Shown piece after piece: positions 39,620 through 51,657 of a stretch of DNA of 64,000 bases. How positions within the stretch are numbered: position 1 is the first letter of the stretch; the number at the start of each line of letters is the position of its first letter. The notes under the pieces were generated by a model. It saw only the letters and a list, made by a program, of their open reading frames with translations, did no database searches and had not been told where the DNA came from. Source of the DNA: Octopus sinensis (Eukaryota); NCBI RefSeq assembly GCF_006345805.1, contig NC_042998.1, forward strand, positions 74,958,001 to 75,022,000, in the 5' to 3' direction. A program made the position numbers and the translations under genes.

Positions 39620-40595
39620 ATATATATATATATATGTATGTATATATATATATGTATATATACATATATATATGTATGTATACTTACATACACACATGTG
39701 CATGTGTATATCATATTTTTACTAAGTTCCAATATTCCGCGTTTTCCTTAAGTTTTTCTAGCATTTTAATTCCAATTTCGTTTACAGATCCTCTTAATTT
39801 TACAATTCATAACGTATGCAATGCATTATTCATTTTTGCATTTAACAAAGTGTTCAATAAATTATTCATGTTGAGTAAATTCTTTTATAAACGATGTAAC
39901 ATTTGACAACAGTCAGGTTGTTTCAATACACTGATGTATCTTACGTAACATGCCAACTATATATTGGAACAGCTGTACCGTTGGTAGTCGATATCTCATT
40001 AACATATGGTTACCTCATGAATATATATATATATATATATATCTCCCCGTCTAGGCCATAATACCCTCTTTGTTTGTTTTCTTGTTTTTTTTTATTTCTT
40101 GTATTGTATTTTTTTGTAATTGTATTTTTATTTTATATTTTATTTTGTATTTCATTTTGTAATTTTACTTGTATTGTTTTTACGTCCTGTTTGTGTCACA
40201 TTCTTTTCTTTCCTTGTTTTTACCCCTCTGCGACGTAATTTTATTTAATTTCTTCGCAGGAAGGGCTAGTTCGATGAGTCGTGTTCTGTCCGCACCTTCG
40301 AAACACGCTGGAGTTGAACTAGGGACAGCTGATGAAGGGGATTTTTCCTTGTGTAGTTTGTCTTGTACACAGTTTTTTCGTTGTTAAAAAAAAGGTCCGT
40401 TCCATGCTTGTTTATTCGTTTTCGTTTCTCGTTGAATTCTACGCCTAATTGTGGTGTCCTGTACTCACGTATATATATTTATATATGCATGTATATAAAC
40501 ATGTAGATGTAGGTACGTACATATATGTATGTATGTATGCATATATTTTATTTTTTACACTATATATATATATATAGTATGTATGTGTATGTATG

Positions 40596-40790
40596 TAGGT
40601 AGGTAGGTAGGTAGGTAAGTATTTAGGTAGGTAGATAGGTAGGTAGGTAGGTAGGTAGTTAGGTTGGTAGGTAGGTAGGTTGGTAGGTAGGTAGGTTGGT
40701 AGGTTGGTAGGTAGGTAGGTAGGTAGGTAGGTAGGTAGGTAGGTAGGTAGGTAGGTAGGTAGGTAGGTAGGTAGGTAGGTAGGTAGGTAG
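40596..40790. repeat. (TAGG)n microsatellite with TTGG variants
   Basis: Direct reading. Confidence 0.98.
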
Positions 40791-40931
40791 ATATGGATAT
40801 AGATAGACAAGATAGATAAGTAGGTAGAGAAATAAAGAGACAAACAGAAATATGCCGCTTAAAGTTGCCTCGTACAACGCTGATTCGCTATAATTCTTTG
40901 TTTCCTTAAAAATAGTATTTTCATTGGGAAT

Positions 40932-41335
40932 AAGGCGGCGAGCTGGCAGAAACGTTAATTCGCCGGACGAAATGTTTAGCGGTATTGCGTTTGCCGCTAC
41001 GTTCTGAGTTCAAATTCCGCCGAAATTGACTTTGCCTTTCATCCTTTCGAGATCGATTAAATAAGTACCAGTTACGCACTGGGGTCGATGTAATCGACTT
41101 AATCCGTTTGTCTGTCCGTATTTCTCCCCTCTGTGTGTAGCCCCTTGTAGACAGTAAAGAAATAAGAAATGCGAGCACCAGGCAAAATGCTCAGCAGTAT
41201 TTTGTCTGTCTTTATGTTCTGAGTTCAAATTCTGCCAAGGCCGACTTGCCTTTCGTTGTCGATAAAATAAGGACGAGTCAAACACTGGAGTCCTCCAAAA
41301 CCGCTGGCCTTGTGCTAAAATGTGAAACCAATATT
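40932..41335 (+). mobile_element. Two head-to-tail SINE family B copies
   Basis: Full copy 40932-41168 ending AAAGAAATAAGAAAT, then a diverged copy at about 41170-41335. Confidence 0.85.
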
Positions 41336-42279
41336 TTCATCGGGATTACTCTAAATTATTTATAAATAGGATAATCATTAAATGTTCCACGTTTCGTGGT
41401 TCTATTATTTTAATTTGACGCGTACATTTGTATGTCCTCATTACATTTCTTTCCTGTGACAATGATTTTCTGATAATCAGCGTACATAACGGATTGAAGT
41501 TATTGAAAAAAGTACTTGTTCGTTCTAATGTGGAATCACAGGATTGCCAAGTCCTCTTTAACGTTTTCTTCTTATTTGGATATTTCGCATTGTAAAGCAA
41601 CTGATTTCCGTTCATGATTTCTCGTCCTACTCGATTCCTCGTTGAAAAATTCTCCGGAAATTCTCACCGCTGTACTTAACTCTTCTTATTTTACAGAATT
41701 TCTTTCTTTCTCGATGTTGTCCCATATGATTAGCGCGCTCTTCAACAACCATGTTCTCTCTTCATATCACCTGACATTCTCTTTGATACTGCAGATATTT
41801 TGTATGTTCGTGTTCAGGCACGTAAGATCTTATCTGTTAGGTTTGCCTCAAATTTTACCTACTTTTCTTCTTCTCTCTGACTTTTTATTGTTTTGGTTTA
41901 TTCTTTTTCTTGCGCCATCAAATCTTCAACTTTTTTTCCCATAGTAAATTATTTCAATGTGAAATGAGAAAAAAATTGTCGCGCAAAAAATGTGCAGAAT
42001 AATAAAAGGTAAAATAAATGTAAAGAAAACCTAGAATATCATTCTTACAGTCTTACCTATGCAATTCCAATAAAATGGAAGTAAATGTACTTCGCAAAAA
42101 CGTTTTCCTTGTAAATGAAATTAAGAAAACGGTGTTATCATAGGAAATTAAATTTTGAAGGAACTTAAGAAATTTGCAGTCATACTGATGTATACTCTCG
42201 AATGCAGCCAAATTAGTCATGCTGTTTTTTTCTTTATTAATCCAGTGCAGAAAGTACATTCGCGAGTCAGTACAATTAG

Positions 42280-43800
42280 TTGGTGTAAGCCAGATGTATG
42301 TGGTTGTGCTAAACTTGGCCGCATCAATGATTAAAACCATCGTGAAAAATGGTGACATATTCTATTGTATCACTACAGACTTGTCATTAGGAGAAAAAAA
42401 ATGACATGTTTGGAATATATTTTTGAAAATAATGGGATGATAAGGTTGCCACGTGAGACACCACAAAACGTAATACGTTCTAGAGGCCAACGTATCGTAA
42501 TGGAAAATAGTATGATCACCATTAGAGGAGAAGAAGAAGAAGAAGAAGAAGAAGAAGAAGAAGAAGAAGAAGAAGAAGAAGAAGAAGAAGAAGAAGAAGA
42601 AGAAGAAGAAGAAGAAGAAGAAGAAGAAGAAGAAGAAGAAGAAGAAGAAGAAGAAGAAGAAGAAGAAGAAGAAGGTAATAATTAAGAAGTGTTCACAGAA
42701 AGTAGAGCTGGATTTCATAGTTTCAATTGTTTGCATAACTTACAAACTATCCTCTTTCAATATGTAGAGAAACTGCAAGTACACATATCAGGAAGTAAAT
42801 ACGCTTCTTACGCTCTTAAGAATATTAAGAAGCCTGACAACTACTCTTCTTAACCTGTTGTCCATGTAGATGAAACTGGTTTGGTTTTTGAAAAGAATGC
42901 TATCTCGTACTTTTGTTTTCCAAGGATAAAATGATTGCTTTAATAATATTAAAGCTTCAGGAATATTCAAGCTGAAGTCGGTGCACGTTTAATATTCAGA
43001 ACACCATAGTCAATGGAGGGAATACCAAACTTCATCAAACTAGGAAGTCTGGGCGGCAATAGAAATTCTCAGAGAATGGTTTGAAATGCCGAGAACATGG
43101 CTTCAAAATGGGTGATTAATAATATTGTTGCAGGCCAACCCAAAATTTTGATACCTTTCAGACTTACATTCTTATCAATGGAGTTTAACTAGCATCAGAC
43201 ATTTCTCTCTTACTCTAACCCATGTAACAGTATCTAATTATTAATACGAAGACCAATTACAACTGAAACCACTTCAAACAGCTTTTTGAAAAATCGGGTG
43301 GCTAAAACAAGAAATATATCAGGAGTCATTAAAGATATTAAGACAAGCGTAGATAATACTGAAGTAGCCTGGGACGAAGTAACCGAGAACGAAACGAACA
43401 AAATTTGAAAAAATGTTATGGCCAGAAGTTTGCAATGATTTCCTGGAATTTTACCAAGTAGAAACACAAGAGGCATAAATAATATCCACGAGCTTGTCAA
43501 TAAATTGGAATGCAACTTGTCAGCGTAAAAGATGTATATGAGTTAACATTGTCTCATGATAAGCATTTACACAATGAAGAATAATAAGATTTAGCAGAGC
43601 AACGTTTTGAAAGTCATTCTAAAGTCACTATTGTAGAACCAGTAGCAGTAAACAGATATCTTGTATCAGAATTCCTCATTAAACCCACAAGTTTATTGAA
43701 ATTTTAGGCTGGTTTAGTAAGAATGACTCCGAATGGAAGTACAGCAACAAAGCAGAGAAAGAGATTTGGGATATGAAATCTATCTATCCATCTGTCAGAA
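42280..43800 (+). mobile_element. Decayed Tigger/pogo-like transposase, interrupted by (GAA)n
   Basis: LAASMIKTIVKN (HTH-like), VDETGLVF..KRMLSRTF, AWDEVTENETNKI*KKLWPEVCNDF, DVYELTLSHDKHL in colinear order. Confidence 0.6.
42530..42673. repeat. Pure (GAA)n tract, about 48 units
   Basis: Direct reading. Confidence 0.98.
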
Positions 43801-43938
43801 CAAAGGGTTATTAATAAAGGCAAAATACTTCTAAAACTCTCTGCAGATACAAATACTCCTAGCTAACAAAAGACTTCGTGAGTAGTATTGAACTCTAGGC
43901 AATCCGAAGGCGAGACCATCACCAGTAGACTTTATGAA

Positions 43939-44058
43939 ACCATGATTGCATTATCAAGTTAATGTAGTATATTTTCACAGATATATATATATATATATAT
44001 CTATATATATATATATCTGTGAAAATATACTGCATTAACTCGATAATGCAATTATGGT
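43939..44058. repeat. 120-bp near-perfect palindrome centred on a TA tract
   Basis: 42-bp arms 43939-43980 and 44017-44058 with 3 transition mismatches. Confidence 0.95.
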
Positions 44059-44060
44059 GA

Positions 44061-44245
44061 GACAAGGACAGACAAATGGATTAAGTTGATTATATAGACC
44101 CCAGTGCGTAACTGGTACTTTTTAATCGATCCTGAAATGATGAAAGGCAAAGTCGACCTCGGCAGGATTTGAACTCAGAACGTCAGACGAAATACGGCTA
44201 CGCATTTCGCCCAGCGTGCTAACGTTTCTGCCAGCTCGACGCCTT
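44061..44245 (-). mobile_element. SINE family B
   Basis: Head AAGGCGTCGAGCTGGCAGAAACGTTAG on minus strand, plus central block. Confidence 0.85.
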
Positions 44246-44547
44246 ATTTTTGTTACTTTTCATTTACCTACAATTAGTATCTCTCTCACTCTTTCCTCTC
44301 TTTCTTCCACTCTATCTCTCACCATTAATTAGTCCATACCAGTTGGACTAAAGCAAGTCGTAATAGGTATGTACTAAGAAATTTATGCTTGAACAGGTCA
44401 CTATCACTGATATAAAAACAAAAGAAAACAATCAGTTAAATAAATTCATAGTGACTATGTGATATGATTCTTTCTATGGGGCTCAGACTCGCTTCATTAA
44501 TAGACGAAAGATACACGAAGTAGTATAAATGTTCGGGAAAACAGTGA

Positions 44548-44611
<64 letters not shown>

Positions 44612-44863
44612 TATATATATATACATACATACATACATATATATGCACATACATACACACACATAACACACTCACACACACACACAAACACACATATATA
44701 TATATATATAATTGGTAAAAATGAAGATAAATTGCTTTTCTGATAATTTTAGACTTCAACTTACAAACATCTAATTTTTAAAGTGGAAAAATTATCAGAT
44801 AAACTATTTCTATTCATTTTTTCAAATATATAATACTGTACTAGGATCTTCTATTTCTTATTC

Positions 44864-44904
<41 letters not shown>

Positions 44905-44905
<1 letters not shown>

Positions 44906-45340
44906 TCATAGGCGTAGAAGTGGCTATAGGCGTAGAAGTGGCTGTGTGGTAAGTAGCTTGTTTACCAACCACATGGTTCCGGGTTCAGTCCCACTGCGTG
45001 GCACCTTGGGCAAGTGTCTTCTACTATAGCCTCGGGCCGACCAAAGCCTTGTGAGTGGATTTGGTAGGCGGAAACTGAAAGAAGCCCGTCGTATATATGT
45101 ATATATATGTATGTGTGTGTGTATACGTTTGTGCGTCTGTGTTTGTCCCCCTAGCATTGCTTGACAACCGATGCTGGTGTGTTTACGTCCCCGTAACTTA
45201 GCGGTTCGGCAAAAGAGACCGATAGAATAAGTACTGGGCTTACAAAAGAATAAGTCCCGGGTTCGAGTTGCTCGACTAAAGGTGGTGATCCAGCATGGCC
45301 GCAGTCAAATGACTGAAACAAGTAAAAGAGTAAAAAGAGT
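44905..45340 (+). mobile_element. tRNA-head SINE family A, full length, with 18-bp 5' tandem duplication
   Basis: ATAGGCGTAGAAGTGGCT duplicated; near-identical to 6686-7087; TAAAAGAG tail repeats. Confidence 0.9.
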
Positions 45341-45374
<34 letters not shown>

Positions 45375-45464
45375 CGTTTATGAATTTATGTTGCAAGATT
45401 CCTGATGTGAAACCGTGCGTTGAAACGAATATTTTTGTGTTTCAGAACGGTCATCTCATTTTCT

Positions 45465-47268
45465 TTTTCAGAATAAACACACGCACTATATATTCATTAT
45501 TCACTCGTTTGTAACTCTTCTCATTCTAACTCACGTCCATTGTCCGGAAATCTTTCCTCACTGATACGTCACCTCCTCAGTGACACTTTCCGTCCTCGTG
45601 TCTACTCCTGCTCCGCTTAGTCCATTCTGATTATCTATGATGTGTATCCTTATATGCGCATGTGTTTGCGTCCGTATTTTGTGTTTGTGTGCGTGTGTAT
45701 GGCTTTGTGTGTGTGTGTGTGTAGTTTTGTGCGTGTGTGTGAGTAGTTTTTCTTAGTAGCACTATGTGTTCGCCCACTTGCTTCCATCGTAGCTGTTGTT
45801 GTTGCTACTGTTGCTGTTGTCGTTGTTTGTCACGTTCTTATAGCAGACTTGGTGAGAGCGATGAGGAATGTGTCTCGCATATGCGACCCTATAGAATTGG
45901 AAGGACACATACAACATTTCATCCACTGTATGCAGTTCTCTCGTAACAAAACAAAAGGGACGGGATTAGTGCGTAGAAAGGAACTAGGGCAAATTACAAA
46001 GCCATTATAGAGAGAGATGCAAAGAGGATCTGCCCGGTATACAGGAGTAGAACCTGGAACAGCACAGAAAGGACCAGAAAAACGATAGAGAAGGACAACT
46101 CATGGTATGGCAAAAAATATACCAGAGTGTCACGTTCGTTGATGGTATTCCTGGCGGCAAACTAGCATACAATTTTGGAAAAGCATTAGACAAGGCTAAT
46201 CTACGGATTAAAGTAGTATAAAGGCCTGGTACCCCATAAAATCCCTGATCTGTAGAACTTATCTCTTCGATAGGTCTCCATGTACAGAGAACAATTGTAT
46301 AGTATGTAGGATGAACCCATAGGTTGACTATAAGGTTAGTAATATAGTGTATAATTTACGATGTATTGAAGGACGGTGCAGAAACATGACAACTACTTGC
46401 ATTGAAGAGACAACCCGCAGCACAGGGTAGCGTACAGGTGAACACTGACTGGATCTCAAAGAAGAGAGGGCTATTCAGTACTCTACCAACATGCCCAAGC
46501 AGAAAATTGAGGCTTGGTTGATAGAATAGAGGATAAGGTATTATCAACACATAGAATTGACACGACTCTTAGACAGATCACAGAGGCTACACACTTAGCA
46601 ATAGACAGACCGATCCTCAACAGAAAACATGAATGGAACAATACCACCCACTACCACACTACACAAGATGACGACTAAAGACAGAACGGAGACCAAACAG
46701 ATACAAACAGTGTAGTACACAGAATAGACACATAACTATGATGAATATAAGAAATAAAAATAAATAACAGAAAAAATGTTAAAACTATTTAAAGGGAACG
46801 GATACAAACGTAGCAAACGAACCCATACACACACACAAACACATATACAGTAACATGAACAACGTGACAACAGCAACAGCGGCAACAACAACTACCACGA
46901 TGGTAGCAGCGCAGGCGAACATACAAAGACAGAGGGATATCGGAACGGTACCAAAAGTCTGGGTCAAGGGTAGCAGCAGCGGCAACGGGGCAAGGAACTG
47001 AGTTAAGTGGTGGTGTCACAGTGCTACAAAGAACAATGGCACACACACACACACAAATACAGGCACAAACGCATACGCATATAAGGATACACATCATAGA
47101 AAAACATAATGGACTAAACAGAGCAGGAGCACCCACGAGGACAGAAAGTACCGTTGAAGAGGTCACAGATGTGTGATAAAAGATTTCTGGACAAAGGACA
47201 TGAGTTATAATAAGAACAGTAATAAACGAGTGATTAACGAATATATAGTGTGTGTGTTTATTTGGCAA
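45465..47268 (+). mobile_element. 5'-truncated PLE with long inverted 5' pseudo-LTR copy
   Basis: 45465 to about 45835 is the diverged inverse of about 46850-47268; encloses LVRAMRNVSRIC and GIY-YIG remnants. Confidence 0.85.
45838..46670 (+). pseudogene. PLE RT C-terminal linker plus GIY-YIG pseudogene
   Basis: CTENNCIVCRM, SNIVYNLRCIEGRC, CIEETTRSTG*RTGEH, DTTLRQITEATH, PILNRKHEW. Confidence 0.8.
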
Positions 47269-47619
47269 AATAATAACCATCTCGAAATACATATATGTAT
47301 ATGGATCAAAGCAGTTTGATTCAAATTCCTCAGTAAATTGAGTTTGAAGCATGATGCTAGTCGTCAGCCACTTTGAATCTATTATATACACGCACAAAAT
47401 ATATGGATTCAACTAATTATGTTTTGACATTGATTAGTTTTAACCCGAAGAGCTACCTCAATATCTCCATCCACATTAACTTAAAGATGGATTATATTAA
47501 TGTAAACATGTAAGTAATTTATTACTTACTGTAAAATAAATTATCTATGCATGTTTATTAAGTTGCAAAACAATTGTCATTAAATAAGGATAATATAATA
47601 CCTATATAAGATTATGTAC

Positions 47620-47657
<38 letters not shown>

Positions 47658-48149
47658 ATATATATACATATACATATACATATACATGTACATGTATATC
47701 ACTGGTTAATGTCGTCACACGCGCACGTGTCCAAGCACTCATACCAACAAGCACACATGTTCGAGCAGTCATAACTGAAAATAAATTCCTGAACCCACTA
47801 TCAAATCCCTGTTACTTAAAATTTTGTCTCAGAACAAATTCTCAATTGTCACGGGACCTCGTTGGCCTGTCTATGCTAAAAGACACGTGAATCAATTAAA
47901 AAAACAATGTGGTTCATTATTAGCGCTAAAGAGAAGGTAGATTTCAGCAGTATTATATTTCATTTCCTTATAAAAAATTAAAATACTTTTTGTGGTTCGA
48001 TGTAAGGTTCTATATATCTTCATTAATACTGACACTTTTTTCTCATACGCATACGCACACACGCATATATGTGTGTGTGCGTGTGCATGCGTGCGCGTGT
48101 GTGCATGTGTAAGTGTGTATGTGTGCGTATCTCCTTTTTTCTTTTATCT

Positions 48150-48245
48150 TTTATTTGTCGGTCATCGGCCCTTGGCCATGCTGGAGCACCGCCCTGCAGA
48201 ATTTTAGTCGTACAAATCACCTCCAGTACTTAAAAACCTGGTATG
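48150..48245 (-). mobile_element. SINE family A-like 3' fragment
   Basis: Reverse complement GGCGGTGCTCCAGCATGGCC..GATGACCGACAAATAAAAG resembles the tail of 6686-7087. Confidence 0.5.
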
Positions 48246-48366
48246 CATGCATAAGGGCACACTACATTATGACTGGGAGATAACAGCTTATTCAAAATAA
48301 CCGTCATCATTTTCTACTACAGCCTCAAGTCTCTTTCATTGTTTTGTTGTCTTACCTTTTCTATCA

Positions 48367-48398
<32 letters not shown>

Positions 48399-48401
48399 TA
48401 T

Positions 48402-48788
48402 ATATTAGTATGGCGATAACTATTAATTTCCAGAAACGCTGTCGTAATCTCTTTTAAAGAGACTTAGTAATTTTAATATTTCTATTATTGAAAACAAGTG
48501 GATGTATTCCACCGTAACTAGGTAAATAGAATCTTCGAACGGAGACGGTCAGTAGCGACACCTGCAGGTCTAACTACGCTGCATTGAGAAGGGGCAACAA
48601 CCCTGAAACATGTCTGTAGATGTCGGACTAGCAGGTTGAAGCGGCTGACCTCCCCTGTTCGAAGGTTTAATAACGGACGCAGTTTGTGTGTCAAGTAGCT
48701 AGCTTGAGGCGATGGCTTCATGGAGCTAATCAGCGACAGCTTTATTCTTATTTTTAAGAATGGCATATTAGTATGGCGATAACTATTA

Positions 48789-48790
<2 letters not shown>
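48402..48790 (+). mobile_element. Candidate retrozyme / PLE-LTR-derived unit (363-bp period, 26-bp terminal redundancy)
   Basis: ATATTAGTATGGCGATAACTATTAAT at 48402-48427 and 48765-48790; internal hammerhead; long self-complementarity; (TA)n on both sides. Confidence 0.6.
48579..48619 (+). ncRNA. Type I hammerhead ribozyme, U3-A8 core variant, GUC cleavage triplet
   Basis: CUGCA-UUGAGAA-GGGG CAACAA CCCU-GAA-ACAUGU-C-UGUAG: stem I CUGCA/UGUAG, stem II GGGG/CCCU, palindromic stem III ACAUGU; predicted cleavage after 48614. Confidence 0.75.
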
Positions 48791-48859
<69 letters not shown>

Positions 48860-49240
48860 TATATATATATAAACATGTTAATATCGTACATTGATATTAA
48901 GATAATGAGTGTTCAACACCGTATTGGTGGATAAATAATGGAAAGAGTACAAAAAAAAGAAAAATGGAGAGAGAAAAATGTGTAGGGAATAACGATTCAA
49001 CATGATATATTTAAGGCACGTTCCATCAGTAATTAGTCAGGTTAGGCAGTTGGTGGCCTTTATGTAGTAAAACACGCAAAAATTAAGCGAAACACAGGCG
49101 CACGACTAAGTTGAAGGCAGATTTACTCCTACCTTAATAGCACGTAAATAAAACGGTGTTCTACTGGTGTAGTACACAACACGTGTACCATGCGTAGCTT
49201 CAATACTGAGACGGAAAGGCAAGGTCGCTATATATATATG

Positions 49241-49302
<62 letters not shown>

Positions 49303-50460
49303 AATAATAATAATAATAATAATAATATTAGGGAGTAAATCCAAACTTGCAGGGAAAAATTAGATTTAGGATTAAATCAAATTTCACAGTATAAATATAT
49401 ATTAAATTAGAGATAAAACCACTATTAGGCAAATCAAACAGGGAAAAACATAAACCAAAACATAAAAATAAATATAATTTAAATAATATACAAAATATAT
49501 AAAATATAAATATAAAATTTAAATTATTTAAATTTAAAATTTTTAATTTATATTTATAAGATTTTATACATATATATATTTAAATTTTAATTTTTTAAAT
49601 ATTTTAACTTTTAATTTTTTTTATATAACTATCAAAAAGTATTAAAAGGTTTAATATACTATAAGTATTATATAATATGTATATATAATAATATATACAT
49701 GCAGAAAAAGAGAGACACACAGACAGACAGGCAGACAGAAACAGACAGAGAAAGAGGGAGAAATATATAGATGTACACACACGGACATATACATACAAGC
49801 ATACATACATATACACGCGCGCGCCCACCTCGGTAAATTAAAACATGCACACACCTCAGTAAACTAAAACACGCATACATTCGAAGATTCAACCACCTAA
49901 AAAGTACATACATACACACGCAAACATCCAAGCACATTGCCAGTCTCACTATATACATATGTTTAAAATGAATTATAAAATTATGAATAGCGTAAACGAA
50001 TGTAAATAGAATGCAGTTGGACGAACGAAACGCATGAGTGGTAGAAGTTGTCTGGTATTATTTCTTACAGCAAGAGTTTCTACCAAACAGTGTGTTTGAG
50101 GTTTCTTATTACTCTGTGAAGTAATTAAAACAACAGAGGTGTTTTGCGTTCTTAACGTATGTCATTTACTAAAATAACATCGCCTGCCAGTAGAATAGGA
50201 ACCCAAGTGAGAAGGCGGGCTGACAGTAAGCTGAATATTCTTTTTCCTGTATTTTCTAGTTTATTTACTCTTAGAAAATAATTCTCATATTACGAAATAT
50301 TTCTACGTAACAATATTTTTTTGTGCAATGCCGATCATATTACGTGTAATATGATATTTCAGAAGAGTTAATTATGATTTTTAAAGAGAGGTAGGTCCTA
50401 TCATGAACAGGATGAATAAAGTTATGGTACCAGTCAAATATCCACAGTCGTTAACGGTTT

Positions 50461-50554
50461 TTGTTGTTGTTGTTTTTCTTCTTCTTCTTCTTCTTCTTCT
50501 TCTTCTTCTTCTTCTTCTTCTTTCTTCTTCTTCTTCTTCTTCTTCTTCTTTCTT

Positions 50555-50630
<76 letters not shown>

Positions 50631-50672
50631 TATTATTATTATTATTATTATAATTATTATTATTATTATTAT
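50461..50672. repeat. Compound triplet microsatellite (GTT)n(CTT)n(ATT)n
   Basis: Direct reading; the (ATT)n part abuts the LINE 3' end. Confidence 0.97.
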
Positions 50673-51294
50673 CGCAGACATCGCAAAGTATGTCGCAAAG
50701 TATCGTCAGCTTGTTGATTGAAGAATATTGTGTCTACCGGGGTTTCTACTGTTTTCCAAGTCATAACAAGGATCTCAGACGGACAGCCAATACTTTACGC
50801 AATATGCGTGCAGTTCCAAGTAATGCCGACTTTTGCAATACATCTAGATTGAAGGGTATCTAAAGTTTTCACTTGTTTTTTTTGTTATGTTTTTTTTTTT
50901 TTTTACAGATTGGGTGGTATTGAACCCACTGCTCCGATGTCAATCGGGATAACCTTTGAGCTCAACTCTTGTAGGTGTCACATGTTAGTGATCCGAATTC
51001 TTAGGTTTCCATATTTATCAACTTTTTCCCTTTCTTTCCTGATGATGTATTGACCTCCTGGTACTGCTACATCGATTATTAAGCAATCTTGTTTGTCCCA
51101 CCTAAAGGTTACAATATCCGGCCTTTGGTGCTCTAACACTTCGCCGTCTTCAAATCAAAGTCCCAAAGGATTTTTGTCTTCCCCTTTTCGTCCATTACCT
51201 TTTCCGGTGTATGTTGGCATCGAGCACCCGTAACCTCATATCCATACTTACGGCATAGTAGCCAGTGGAGGTTTTGGGCTACTTTGTAATCAAC
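50673..51294 (-). mobile_element. R4/Dong-like LINE 3' end (RLE endonuclease domain plus 3' UTR) ending in (TAA)n
   Basis: KVAQNLHWLLCRKYG, HTPEKV, KILWDF, HQRPDIV, CLIIDVAVPG, LQKSALLGTARILRKVL. Confidence 0.88.
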
Positions 51295-51327
51295 GGTAAT
51301 GAGCAGAATATTTAGAGTAACCCACTT

Positions 51328-51566
51328 GGCTATGATATTCCTCAACTATTCCTGCTCGTGATCAGAGATGCACATATAGTCAGCTACTAAGAGACTTGCT
51401 CAAATGGTTAAGATTTAGCATCTGACAAGCAAATCAACTCTATTGGACCAGAATATTTAGTGTAACCAATATTTTACACTAAGAAAAAATATATACATGT
51501 TAACACTTCCAATCAGTTAAAATCAGAAATCATGAGAGCCATTGCTTGATACTGCATCAGAGCATA
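51328..51566. mobile_element. Partial copy of the 23465-24019 repeat in opposite orientation, abutting (CAT)n
   Basis: Reverse complement ATGCTCTGATGCAGTATCAAGCAATGGCTC..TCTGATCACGAGCAGG aligns with about 23465-23700. Confidence 0.8.
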
Positions 51567-51624
51567 TCATCATCACCATCACCACCACCACCACCATCAT
51601 CATCACCATCATCATCACCACCAC

Positions 51625-51657
<33 letters not shown>

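Noticed and set aside
40329-40360. CTGATGAAGGGG hammerhead-like start (similar CTGAYGA at about 621, 3360, 12918, 13176)
   Set aside because: No stem II-GAAA-stem III-UH arrangement follows.
48518-48766. 82-aa minus-strand ORF across the hammerhead unit
   Set aside because: No recognisable domain; antisense to the ribozyme and plausible by chance in a GC-richer stretch.
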